A DNA stretch of 64,000 bases, from the NCBI RefSeq assembly GCF_006345805.1, contig NC_043008.1, forward strand, positions 71,796,001-71,860,000. The letters are read 5' to 3'. The notes beneath the pieces were generated by a model. That model was not told the origin of the DNA and made no database searches. It saw only the letters and a program-made list of their open reading frames with translations. The position numbers were made by a program, and so were the translations under genes. The DNA comes from Octopus sinensis. Lineage: Eukaryota. Within the stretch, counting starts at the first letter, position 1, and the number at the start of each line of letters is the position of its first letter. Of the stretch, positions 52,865-64,000 are shown piece by piece.

Positions 52865-52945
<81 letters not shown>

Positions 52946-52964
52946 GTATATATATAAAACTTAG

Positions 52965-54412
52965 ATAAAACTTAGATATGTTTCGACCAGAGATTGGTCC
53001 AGGCCATGTCCAACTCAATAGCACCACCTGATAGGATTATTCGAATTCTGTTTAAGTCAAGTTTTGTTCAAGTAGTGAGTTCTTGTTGGGTGAGTTGTAT
53101 CCAATTATGGGTGGCTTATCTGGCATTCTTTGAAGGAATCTATCCAGACTCTGTTTGAAGTTGATGGGATCCAGTTCCTCTTTGATCTCCCTCGGGACAA
53201 TGTTAAATAGGGCAGGGAAAGAAATTATGTTGCAGTGTACATGTATGTTGTGATCTTGAATTTGGCAGGGGACGTATAGCCCGTGGTCCAAGTCTCGGAT
53301 GAACCTTGAAGCTAATGTTTAGGTCGTTTGGGCAAAGTTGGCGGTATATTTTCCACATCGTACAAATGATGTACCGCTCACGGCGACGCTGGAGGGAGTA
53401 AAGTTTCAAGGCTTTAAGGCGATCCCAATAGTCGAGAGCAGCCATGCCTTCAATTTGTTTAGTGAGAGCCCTCTGGGGTGACTCAATTCTGGAGATGTTT
53501 TGTCTTGTGTGAGGAGACCACAGTGGGCAGCAGTATTCAAGGTGTGGCCGTACAAAGGATGAAAAAAGTGGTATGATGACACCTTGTTCTCTGGACCGGA
53601 AAGTTCTTAAGATCCAGGAACTCATCCTACGAGCTGTATCGACCTTCTTGTTGATGTGTGCACTCCAACTGAGATCGTCATCAACAATTACACCCAGGTC
53701 TCTGATATTGTTAGAGGCTGTGAGCGGTTCCCCTGAAGGAAGAGAGTATGGTTGTTTTAGTGAGGAATTTCTTCCAAAATGCATCAGCTCAAATTTTCCC
53801 TCATTCAGTTGCATTTTGTTTCTGTCTGCCCATTGACTCACAGCATATAGGTCAGACTGGAGTTGAGTTCGGTCTGCTTCTTCATTGACGATTTGCTGGA
53901 GCTTAGTGTCATCAGCGAATATTTTCCCTTTGCAGTGATGTACGACACTGGAAAGGTCGTTTACATAAATTATGAAGAGTAGCGGACCCAAAACAGTTCC
54001 CTGGGGAACACCGCTGGTGACTTTTGCTGGGTTTGAGTGGACTCCATCAACTACAACATGTTGTGTTCTATTCGCTAGGAAATACTGAATCCAGTGTAGA
54101 ACTTTTCCACGGATTCCAACATTTGCCAATTTTGAGAGTAGGATGTTATGGTCTACCCTGTCGAACGCTTTACTGAAGTCAAGGTATATGACGTCAGAGT
54201 TCGAACCTGTTCCCAAGGCTTTGAGTACATCTTCAATGTGGTGTAAGAGCTGTGTTAGACAGTCCCTGCCACAGTGAAAGCCATGCTGATTGTATATTTT
54301 CCACATCGTACAAATGATGTACCGCTCACGGCGACGCTGGAGGGAGTAAAGTTTCAAGGCTATAAGGCGATCCCAATAGTCGAGAGCAGCCATGCCTTCA
54401 ATGTATATTTTC

Positions 54413-54416
<4 letters not shown>
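52965..54416 (-). mobile_element. Young CR1-like LINE, 5'-truncated, with 3' UTR and TCTAAGTTTTA tandem tail
   Basis: Long open RT frame plus the typical C-terminal LFN..P...LDRFL..PD.P..GY..NSLL segment (53052-53291). Confidence 0.88.

Positions 54417-54423
<7 letters not shown>
53203..54423 (-). CDS. Reverse transcriptase (CR1/L2-type ORF2 fragment)
   Basis: NQHGF, IYLDFSKAFDRVDH, SGVPQGTVLGPLLFIIYVNDL, FADDTKL, IRDLGVIVD, VRPHLEYCCPLWSP. The start codon is not biological. Confidence 0.9.
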
Positions 54424-54444
<21 letters not shown>

Positions 54445-54485
54445 ATATATATATATAATATATATAATATATATAATATATATAT

Positions 54486-54536
<51 letters not shown>

Positions 54537-54555
54537 ATATATATATATATATATA

Positions 54556-55423
54556 CGTGGTTTGATCAAAGGTATCCAGACTGTTGCCATAGTAACGAAG
54601 CTGAAATACGCAGAGTTAAGCTATTTGACACAGGTTGGCCATGAAATCTGCTATCCATGTTTACCGTTCTACCTCAATTCCGCTGTTTACAGCAGTGCTT
54701 GGAAGAAAGGTGCGTTGCGTGTGATCGTCGCATTCACTATGACAGAGAAAGTTGAACAGGGAATCTGCATCAAATTTCGCCAAAGTCTTGGCGATACCTG
54801 CTCAGAGACGTACGTAAGGTTTTCAACAACTTTTCATCGTTCTCATAACAAACAAGATCTTGTGCAGCTGAAACCCGAGTGTCTGTTTGGTCGGCTGAAA
54901 TTAGTTTTGGCACAAACTTGGCAGACACGCCAAGTTTGTGCAAAATCTTCTTTGATAATGGACTGAACTGAACCGTAACTAATCTACATATCCTCTGATA
55001 ACTCACGGATAGAGATTGGACGATTTTCCCCCATGCACATCTGGGATGTTTTTCTCAGTTCTTTTGGTTGCGGGTCTTCAAGAACGTTCGTCAATGTCGA
55101 CATTTTTTCGGCCATCCTGGAAACATCTGAACAACACGTACACTTGCGGCTTATAAACTTCTCTACATACATTTTATGCAGTCTTTTGCGTAGGTCTTAG
55201 CGCAGATACGAAATGACATCTTTATCATTCATATTCAATGCGACGATCACACGCTACTCACCTTCCTTCAATGCACTGCTGAAAGCAGCGGAACTGAGCT
55301 AGTACGTGAAAACCTAAAGCGCATACACAGCAGAGTTCAAGATCAAAGTTTGCCAAGCGACTTTATTCTGCATTCTTTAGTTCCCTCACTATATCAAGAG
55401 TCCGGATACTTATTGATCAGACC

Positions 55424-55424
<1 letters not shown>
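54556..55424. mobile_element. Mariner-family derivative made of two inverted 5' ends
   Basis: Imperfect TIRs at 54556-54582 and 55399-55424 with TA flanks. Plus strand reads MTEKVEQGICIKFRQSLGDTCSETY; minus strand reads ISIRELSED and KLGVSAKFVPKLISADQ. Confidence 0.8.
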
Positions 55425-55472
<48 letters not shown>

Positions 55473-55851
55473 AGCACATATATATGTATATGTATATATC
55501 CACACACATATATAGAGAGAAAGAGGGAGAACGGACAGAGAGAACATATAGGAGACGTGAGATGTGAGAACAGATGCACTCTCACCTCAGTCCCCTACTT
55601 CTCTTTTATGTTGTGTTTCATATAAGATTCTCTCCACCAGTTGTATTCTGTATTTGTTAGTTTTAATGTGGCATTTAGATGGAAATTTTGTTATGGAATC
55701 TTGTATATATTTTCACTGTAATTAGTACTGTTGAACTCGTACACCGCTAACGTTAATCTATCAAATAATCCATATATTAATGTGTATGCTTATGTCTATG
55801 TATATACACCAACATATATACATATACATGCATATATATATATATGCATGC

Positions 55852-55919
<68 letters not shown>

Positions 55920-56299
55920 TATATATACATGCATATATATATATATATTCAGATATATATACAGACAAAAATGACAGAGAACAGTTAAATGTAATTAAAA
56001 TACTTTAACGACGCAATGGAATAAAAGAAATTCCTGTTTAGTGAGGGCGAACGTTCCTAAACACAAAAACTAAATGGTATTTTACTGTAATAGGAGATAT
56101 TACGAAAAAATATGCATATTTTATGAAGTTAGCTAATCGATGAAGTAAACTAAATTACTATTTTTACTATGAAATGAAGGAACAACTTGAATTGCAATAA
56201 AGTAATAATATGAGATCAATTTAGTAAGATAATTATAATAAGCACCTATAGAAATATTTAATATCCAAAATTGATTCCAGAACAAGCAAAGTTCAGAGT

Positions 56300-56317
56300 C
56301 AAATAATAATAATAATA

Positions 56318-56363
<46 letters not shown>

Positions 56364-56372
56364 TATAATATG

Positions 56373-56413
<41 letters not shown>

Positions 56414-56414
56414 G

Positions 56415-56486
<72 letters not shown>

Positions 56487-56497
56487 TAATAATAATA

Positions 56498-56556
<59 letters not shown>

Positions 56557-56660
56557 TATAATAATAATAATAATAAGAAGAAGAAGAAGAAGAAGAAGAA
56601 GAAAGAAGAAGAAGAAGAAGAAGAAGAAGAAGAAGAAGAAGAAGAATAAGAAGAAGAATT
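56300..56660. repeat. Compound (AAT)n-(AAG)n microsatellite
   Basis: Direct inspection. Confidence 0.95.
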
Positions 56661-56664
56661 GCTT

Positions 56665-59075
56665 ATGGAGTAAGCAAGAACAACATTATACTAAAGTTAA
56701 GCGGCTCTGCAGCCTGAAGCAAATAGTTCCTTATCCCCAGCAAGAGGCTTTCAATTTCACATAAGACAGTACAAGAAATATGTGTGAAAAGATAAGCAAC
56801 TGGAAAGCAGCAGGACCTGATAAAAGAGGTGTTATTTTTTGTAATCAGGGATTTCAGATAAAAAAATTTCATTACTTGCGATAAATTGATCACAGAACAA
56901 TTTAATGTATTCATCAATGGAGAAGAAATCCCAGGCTGGTTAGCAAAAGTACGAACGATGTTGTGCTTTAAGGATGCATCAAAGGGAAATACTGCAGGCA
57001 ATTACAGACCAAATTCTTGCCACCCAGTAATGTGGACGTTACTATCAAGAGGAATTGCAGAAGAACTGTATGAATTTCTTGATGAGAACGATATATTACC
57101 GCCGGAACAAAAAGGCGGCAGAAGTATCAAAGGTCAAGCATTGATAGACAATATGATAAGACTGTAAACGTAGAACGAATCCATGAACGGCCTGGATTGA
57201 CTACCGCAAAGCTTATGATATGATTCCACATTCGCAGATCATTGAGTGCTTAGATCTGTTTCGAATTGCGAGCAATGTAACGTATTTCCTGAAGAGACGT
57301 GTAAGAGGATAGGAAACTGAACTGACATTTTACAGAAAAATGCTTGGACACCTTGGGTATCAGTAGATGGATCTTCCAGGGTGGCAGCCTATCTCCGTTG
57401 CTTTTCGTTCTCTGCATGATATTCCTGACCTTGGTACTCATGAAAATGAATCTGGGGTATCAACTAAAGGGAAAACCCCAAACAATCAGCCACCTTTCCT
57501 TCATGGATGATTTGAAACTGTATGGCAAAGATGAGACACGAGTGAGTTCCTTCTTGAACACCGTCCACTGTTTTATTACTGATATTAGAATGGAATTTGG
57601 ACTCACGATGTGCGGAACAATCTACCTAAAACGACGCAAGAAACAGTCCTTAGCTGGGATAGAATTACCAAATAAAGACTTGATTAAGCAAATTGAAACG
57701 GGAGGATGCAAATACGTTGGTATACTAGAAGTCAACGAGATAATGGAAAAAGAAATGAAAAAGCAACTAAGGATGGAGTATTTCCGAAGACTGAGTTTGT
57801 GTCTGAGCTCAAAATTAACTGGATGGAATAACGCCCAGGCAGTTGATACATGGGCGACACCCTCACTTAGGTATGGAGCGAGAATTATAAAATGGCAAAA
57901 AAGAGAAATGAAGAAAATGGTTAATAAAACCAGTAAAATATTGACAGTGCACGGAGTCTTCTACCATAAGAGTGTCACCGATAGGCTGTACTTTTCCAGA
58001 AGGAAGTGGGAGAGAGGTTTGATCTGTTGCCAGGACTGTATCAGAGCAAGGAAAAACAGCCTAGTGTGGTATATAAAAATGCCGTGGAGTCACTGCTGAA
58101 ACACACAAAGAAGGCCGGCGTCATTAAAGCTTAAGGTTGTTTAACTAAAGAAAAATTTAAACAAGAAGTGAACAAAACAAAAAAAAAAGCATAGAACGGA
58201 AAGAAAATGTATAGTCAGTTTTCAAGAGATGCGAACGCCAAGGCATATGCGGGTTACCGTTGATATGGATAAAGAAGAATGACCTGAAGATAGAGACAGA
58301 AGCACTCATATGTGCAGCTCAGGAACAAACGTTAAGGACCAATTGTATGAAGTGCAGAATAGACAACACTACCAATAGCGACATATGCAGAATGTGTGGT
58401 CAGTAGAGTTAAATGGTATGGCATATCATTAGAGAACGTCCGAAATTGGCACATCGCGAATACAAAAGACGACATGACAATATTACAAGATGATCCATTG
58501 AGAAATATGTGAAAATCTTGGCCTAGAAAGAGCAAAGAAGTGATATCAGTAAACCCCAGTAGGAATCAACGAAAATGAGAATTGCAAAATCCTGTGGGAT
58601 TGAATGATCCAGTGCGATCACCAGACAAGACATCGGAAACCGGTCGTTGGGGTGATGAATAAAATGAAAGAACAACATGTATGATAATTGATTTATATAA
58701 TCCGATGACAACAGGATCAAAGTGAAAGAAGCAAAAATTATCAACTATGACGATTTAAAGTGAGAAGTAAGAAGGTTGTAGTCAATGAAGAGAGTAGACG
58801 TGATACCAATAGTAATTTGTGCACTTGGAAGTATGAGAATTCACCTACCAACATGGCTGAAACAGATCAGTGCAAATGTGAAGATAGAACACCTAAAAAA
58901 AACCAGCATTGCTTGGAACTGCAAGAATTATTCAGAGCGTTCTTGAAGCATCACTATTAAAACACGTGTCACCTTAGTTTGCTGGCTGTGGACAGCTGAC
59001 ACTTTCCATCATACCCAGCAATATAAGCTGTGTGTTTTAATACAATACTACTACTACTACTACTACTACTACTAA
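56665..59075 (+). mobile_element. Decayed R4/Dong-type LINE (RT, CCHC region, REL endonuclease, 3' tail)
   Basis: [91 protein letters not shown]; many stops and frameshifts. Confidence 0.9.
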
Positions 59076-59099
59076 AAAAAAAATAATAATATAGTTTCA

Positions 59100-59280
59100 C
59101 ATTTTCATACAAGACCAGTAATTTTAGGGGTGGGGTAAGCCGATTTCATCGACCCCAGTTTTCAACAGGTACTTATTTTATCAACCCCGAAATGTAAAGT
59201 CGACCTCGGCGGAATTTGAACTCAGAACCTAGTGGCAGACGAAATACCGCTAAACACTTCGCCCAGTGTGCTAACGATTA
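59100..59280 (-). mobile_element. SINE A variant
   Basis: AAGTCGACCTCGGCGGAATTTGAACTCAGAAC on the plus strand. Confidence 0.75.
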
Positions 59281-59330
<50 letters not shown>

Positions 59331-59334
59331 TCCT

Positions 59335-60195
59335 TTGCACAGATTCTAACGCTGTATTTCTGTAGTCTTGCCTTTAATCTGTCGTAGAGTGCCTTTTGTT
59401 CATCTGTCATGTCGCCATTAGTTTTAATACACCATATCAACGAGGGAACTGACTTGGGCTTCACATTTGCCATAAAGTTTGAGGTCATCCATGAATAATA
59501 AATGGTCGACTTTTTGTTGGGGGCTTTTGAATACATACCCAGCTTCTGCTTTCCTCAAAATCAGTGTTAGTGGCATCAATCACAGTACAATGATCAGTGG
59601 GGACAGGTAGTCCCCTTGGAAGATGCCCCTTCTAATTTCTATTGTCCCTAATCTTCTTCCGTATTCTGTAGGTCCGTCCGCCAATTCGCCATATTTTTTC
59701 CAAGCAATCGCTCAACATTCGATGCAATAGCAAATAGGTTTATACACTCCATAATCCAAGAATGTGGGATCATATCGTACGCCTTACGATAGTCGATCCA
59801 TGACATGGTTAAGTTACTTTTCCTCTTCTTGCAGTCTCTAAGTACAGTTTTGTCTACAAGGAGTTGATGCTTGGCACCTCTGCACTTACGCTTGCAACCC
59901 TTCTGCTCATGTAGCAGACGTTCGTATATTGACTCTGCGAGAGTTCCAGTCAATAACTTCCACAAAATTGGTAAACAGGATATCGGCCTGAAATTGTCTT
60001 TCGATGTTTTTCAGGCTCAGCACTGTCCTACCTAATGTCAACCACTCTGGTGTTGCTTGGTCAGCATTTGACAAGGTGTTGAGTTGCGCAGGTATTCCTG
60101 TATGACATTCACCAAATCTTTGATACAGTAGCCTCGAACTCCATCTAGTCCTGGGGCCTTCCAGTTGCTCATTTCTTTGCTGATTTCGCCGCTAG
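59335..60195 (-). mobile_element. R4/Dong-type LINE RT fragment
   Basis: [65 protein letters not shown]. Confidence 0.88.
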
Positions 60196-60229
60196 CACTT
60201 CGGTTCGATGCTCTTACTAATTACTTCTT

Positions 60230-62065
60230 TTAATTTGCAAATTCGTTCAGCCTCTAGTTAATTCCTTTCTAGTGCTAACTCTTTGCTAAACAGTATCGTT
60301 TCTGCTCTAATCGCTCTTTTGAGAAGGTTCGAGAAGATTGCTCGTAGTTTAAATCATTAGGATTTTCAGAATAGTACTGTTAAAAAGAATAGGTACCTTG
60401 CTTTCACATTGAAAATCCTTGTCTCGCAAATTTTGGCAACACATAATTTGCCACGACATCACCTTCCAAGCCACGCGCATTTACACTCCCCCATTTAAGA
60501 GCTAAAATGTCAGTATGAGAAAGAAAACAGGGGAGATCACTCACCTTGATTTCTGAGACACCCAGGTACTTCTGACCTCCTTCCAGGCGACTGACTTCTG
60601 AAAAGCCTTTCCAATAGTCTTTTGTCAGTATTTTTTTATAATTCTCACACTAGTTGGGTATTTTTCTCAAATTGTCCTGTACAAAAAGCTGATGTTTTAA
60701 TTAACAGTCTGTCTTTCGGGATTTTGAGAATGGAAATTATCAAATTCCTCCACTTTTGTTTCGATTTTTATTTTTATTTTCCATTAGGTGATCCATCAAG
60801 TCGCTGTTGAGCGTGTTCACAACTGTAAAATTGATGCATGCAGTTTGAGTTAGGTTTAAATTTTCAACAGATTTATATTTGGTTGTGTCTCTGTTATAGT
60901 TAGTGTCTTTCTGTGTTATTGTTGTGGATGGTGTTGTCTATGTTGCTGTTGCTGTTGGTGTTGCTATTGTCGAGGTTGATGCTGCTATTGTTAGTTCGTT
61001 GTTGATGTTGCTGCTGATGTTGTTGAGGTGGTTGTGAAGTGGGTTGAAGATTATGATTTTTCGTTTGCTGCCATCTGTATGGAATTGTCGGAGTGGAGTT
61101 TTCACCCCCACTTTTCCGTTTCGCGCATTTCGAGACATTTGCGATCCTTCGGCTTGATATTTCTTCTCCGAATTATTCTCCAAGGCATTGGTGGGAGATG
61201 GGGAAATCTGGTCGAAGGAGGAATGTAAATCCTTGTTATTTGGTTGCTGAGCAAGACATTTAGGAAGAGCTTGCTCTTCAGTGGGAGCGGGAGCCAAACT
61301 TTTCCGCTACACCCAAACCTCGCATCCTGACCTGTCTTGGATGCGGTCCTGGAGTTCTCAGCATGGGTGGTTTCTATTTGTTTAATTGAGGGCAGGCAAC
61401 TTTTTGATGGGTTTTACTTCCGCAGAAATAACACTTAGCTTTTCTGCCCTGAATCACAATTCTTATGAGCTTCGCGCATTCCATGTAAATTAGATCAGGA
61501 ATCCTATGAAAGTTTTCTGCAGTTAGCAAAATTTCAACTTCCACCTGGACTGCAGACCACGTTTATTTCGGTGTGGATTTAAAATTCAAAATATCACCAT
61601 ACTCTCCCAGTATTATCCCGAAACAGTGCATGTTAATCTCCAGAGGCATATTCGAAAAAGTAACCTTATAACCTTATTCTCTCGCCTCTCCAGATAACAT
61701 GGGATTAAAATATATTCATTTCAGGATCAAGTCTGCATGGTCATTCTTTTTGTTGCCGCTTCGCTATAGCATAACAACAAGAGATCTAAATTCTGTATTT
61801 CTTCTGACGTGCGAAATCGACCCCTAAGCAACTTTCAGACATTTTCTGCCTGCACAAGTGTTGGATTTTCGATATGGTTGGTCTTCTTATTTAGGCACTT
61901 ACAAATCACAATTCTTTTTGTGATGTGATCTTTCTCGCCTGTGGCAGAGCGAGAAGACTGGGTTTTACCAGGTATTTCTGGAAGTTTTGACCAAATTGAC
62001 TGTCGAAAGACATCTATAGTAAGTAATTTTGACAAAAGAAGCGTTGGTCTTCTTGTCGCTGCTGT
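60230..62065 (-). mobile_element. L1/Tx1-like LINE 5' part: decayed ORF1 and start of ORF2
   Basis: IPDLI..IRIVIQGR followed by the CCHC knuckle CYFCGSKTHQKVACP (~61375-61430), then APE-start motif GSVNARGL (~60470-60500). Abuts (TTC)n. Confidence 0.7.
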
Positions 62066-62202
62066 CTTCTTCTTCTTCTTCTTCTTCTTCTTCTTCTTCT
62101 TCTTCTTCTTCTTCTTCTTCTTCTTCTTCTTCTTCTTCTTCTTCTTCTTCTTCTTCTTCTTCTTCTTCTTCTTCTTCTTCTTCTTCTTCTTCTTCTTCTT
62201 CC
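62066..62202. repeat. (TTC)n microsatellite
   Basis: Direct inspection; source of the poly-K/E/F/S ORFs. Confidence 0.95.
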
Positions 62203-62244
62203 TCCAATCAGGACTCACACCATTAACCACAAAGAATAATCTCT

Positions 62245-62617
62245 AATTTGAGCCTACTCTATGCTACTAAGAATGCGTGTGGCAACTTGAAGATCTACCC
62301 ACTACACGCGATAGACTGGCGGTTGCACGGGCGCGAAAGCTACGTTGTTTTCCTCATTCCGTAAACGATGGCTTTTAACGGGTGGAGAGCTGCACCATCC
62401 TGGGGTACAGATGACTCGCAATCTAGACTAGGGTCTGAAAGTTTACCACACCATAGAGGGTTACACCATGGTTCCTCTGCTTTGTGGCAGAAGTAGGAAG
62501 AAAGTGTGAAAGTTGTTGTGAAAGAGTACGGTGCCCCCCTTCATGGCCTTGGGAATCGAAACCGCGCCCTTATGACCGCGAGTCCGCTGCCCTAACCACT
62601 GGGCCATTGCGCCTCCA
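62245..62617 (-). mobile_element. tRNA-derived SINE, family C (copy 2)
   Basis: Reverse complement of 6098-6440, with a longer 3' part. Confidence 0.8.
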
Positions 62618-62631
62618 CTACCGCTGTTGTT

Positions 62632-62687
62632 GCTGTTGCCCGCGTGCTGCTGCCCGCGTGCTGCTGCCCGCGTGCTGCTGCCCGCGT
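62632..62687. repeat. 4 x 14-bp GC-rich minisatellite (GCTGCTGCCCGCGT)
   Basis: Direct inspection. Confidence 0.9.
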
Positions 62688-62804
62688 GCTGCTGCTGTTA
62701 CTACTCGAAGTGGGGGTGGTGGTGGTGACGGTGGTAGTGGTGGTATTGTTGTTGATGGTGACTGTGGTTATGATCTCTACACTCTGTCCAGTTGCCGAGT
62801 TGCC

Positions 62805-63131
62805 CTTTCACTAGCAGGAAAGGAGCACTCCGTCGGTTACGACGACGATGGTCCCAGCTGATACGATCAACGGAACAGCTTGCTCGTGAAATTAACGTGC
62901 AAATGGCTGAGAATTCCACAGACACGTGTACACTTAACGTAGTTCGCAAGGAGATTCAGCGTGACACAGAGTGTCACAAGGCTGGCCCTTTGAAATACAG
63001 GTACAACTCATTTTTGCCAGCTGAATGGACTGGAGCAACGTGAAATAAAGTGTCTTGCTCAAGGACACAACGCGTCGCCTCACAACCTTACGATCATGAG
63101 CCGAATGCCCTAACTACTAAGCCACGCGCCA
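62805..63131 (-). mobile_element. tRNA-derived SINE, family D, with CORE-like segment
   Basis: Head GGCGCGTGGCTTAGTAGTTAGG then GTCCTTGAGCAAGACACTT; fragments at ~10030-10100 and ~47945-47970. Confidence 0.7.
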
Positions 63132-63889
63132 TAACTTTCACTAGCAACCTCACAGGTCAAACACTATCACTCTCTCTCTCTCTCCTCATCGTCATATAAT
63201 TCTCCTCCTCTCCCCCTCTGTCATTAACAACTGACTCTCTTTCTCAAATATTAATATTTTTGTTAGCGTCTTGAAGAATTGTGAAATTTTCCTCACGTGG
63301 AAATAATGTCGGTAAGTCATCCCCAAAATACGGGTTCTATACAGAAGAAAGGAACTCACAAGTGGAAGATTACCTTACTCTCCACTTTGGTTAAGAATGA
63401 AGTGAAAACAGCTATTTTCCAGTGGAAATAAAGATTTTCTTTCAAAAGACAAAATACTGTGCCGAGGTCAACTTGGCTTACCCGGCTGACAGCTATATTA
63501 ATAATAGTGATGATTTCATTTATTTTTCACAAGGATGAAGGATGAGGGGGACGACACAGAGACAAATATAAAGTGTGGTGGGTTATATATAATAACGAAA
63601 TGATAAAAAATGAAATAAAATATAAAATAAAATATGCATGGTAAAGAAGGGACATACAAAGATTATAAAGCAGGTGTGGAGGATGCTAGAAATGTGACCC
63701 TCCTGATACAGGAACGCCTCTGGAGATAATCGAGGAACCCCAATGTCCGAGATTTCTCTGAGATCCTAGAAGTAAGAGCGCTCTCCAATTTCGTCTCCCT
63801 TCCTATTTTCGCAACGTTCAACCCAACTTTCAACTCACTCGAGGGCAACACTTCTCTCACCAAATAATGTTTTCATATTTTTCCACAAG

Positions 63890-64000
63890 GAGAGCAATTT
63901 TGGGGGAGAGGAGGAGTCGATTACATCGACCGCAGTGTTCAATTGGTACTTATTTTATCGACGCCAAAGGGATGACAGGAAAAATCAACCTCGGTAGAAT
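63890..64000 (-). mobile_element. Partial SINE A at the window end
   Basis: GATTACATCGACC.CAGTG..ACTTATTTTATCGAC. Confidence 0.65.

Noticed and set aside
60549-60601. Minus-strand exon with a strong AAG/GTGAGT donor
   Set aside because: It lies inside retroelement-derived sequence between the ORF1 and ORF2 relics.

Overview
AT-rich, repeat-dominated animal genomic DNA, probably octopod: the SINE families and (TA/CA)n density match Octopus genomes as I remember them, which I have not verified. I recognise no complete host gene; there are only a few weak splice-site-bounded exon candidates. Most listed ORFs are microsatellite translations. The real coding signal is transposon-derived: HERO-like, three R4/Dong, two L1/Tx1-like, one young CR1-like and several Penelope-like (GIY-YIG) retroelements, plus mariner and Chapaev3-like DNA transposon relics and at least four tRNA-type SINE families. 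Main observations: (1) about 11 minimal type I hammerhead-ribozyme motifs that fold by hand in Penelope terminal repeats, with canonical and U3-A8 covariant cores; (2) a ~1.5 kb Penelope palindrome; (3) a ~5.3 kb inverted-ended, G-depleted tandem array containing an A/G-hypermutated hairpin copy, which is either editing-derived or a long-read artefact. Repeat boundaries are approximate unless stated as exact.
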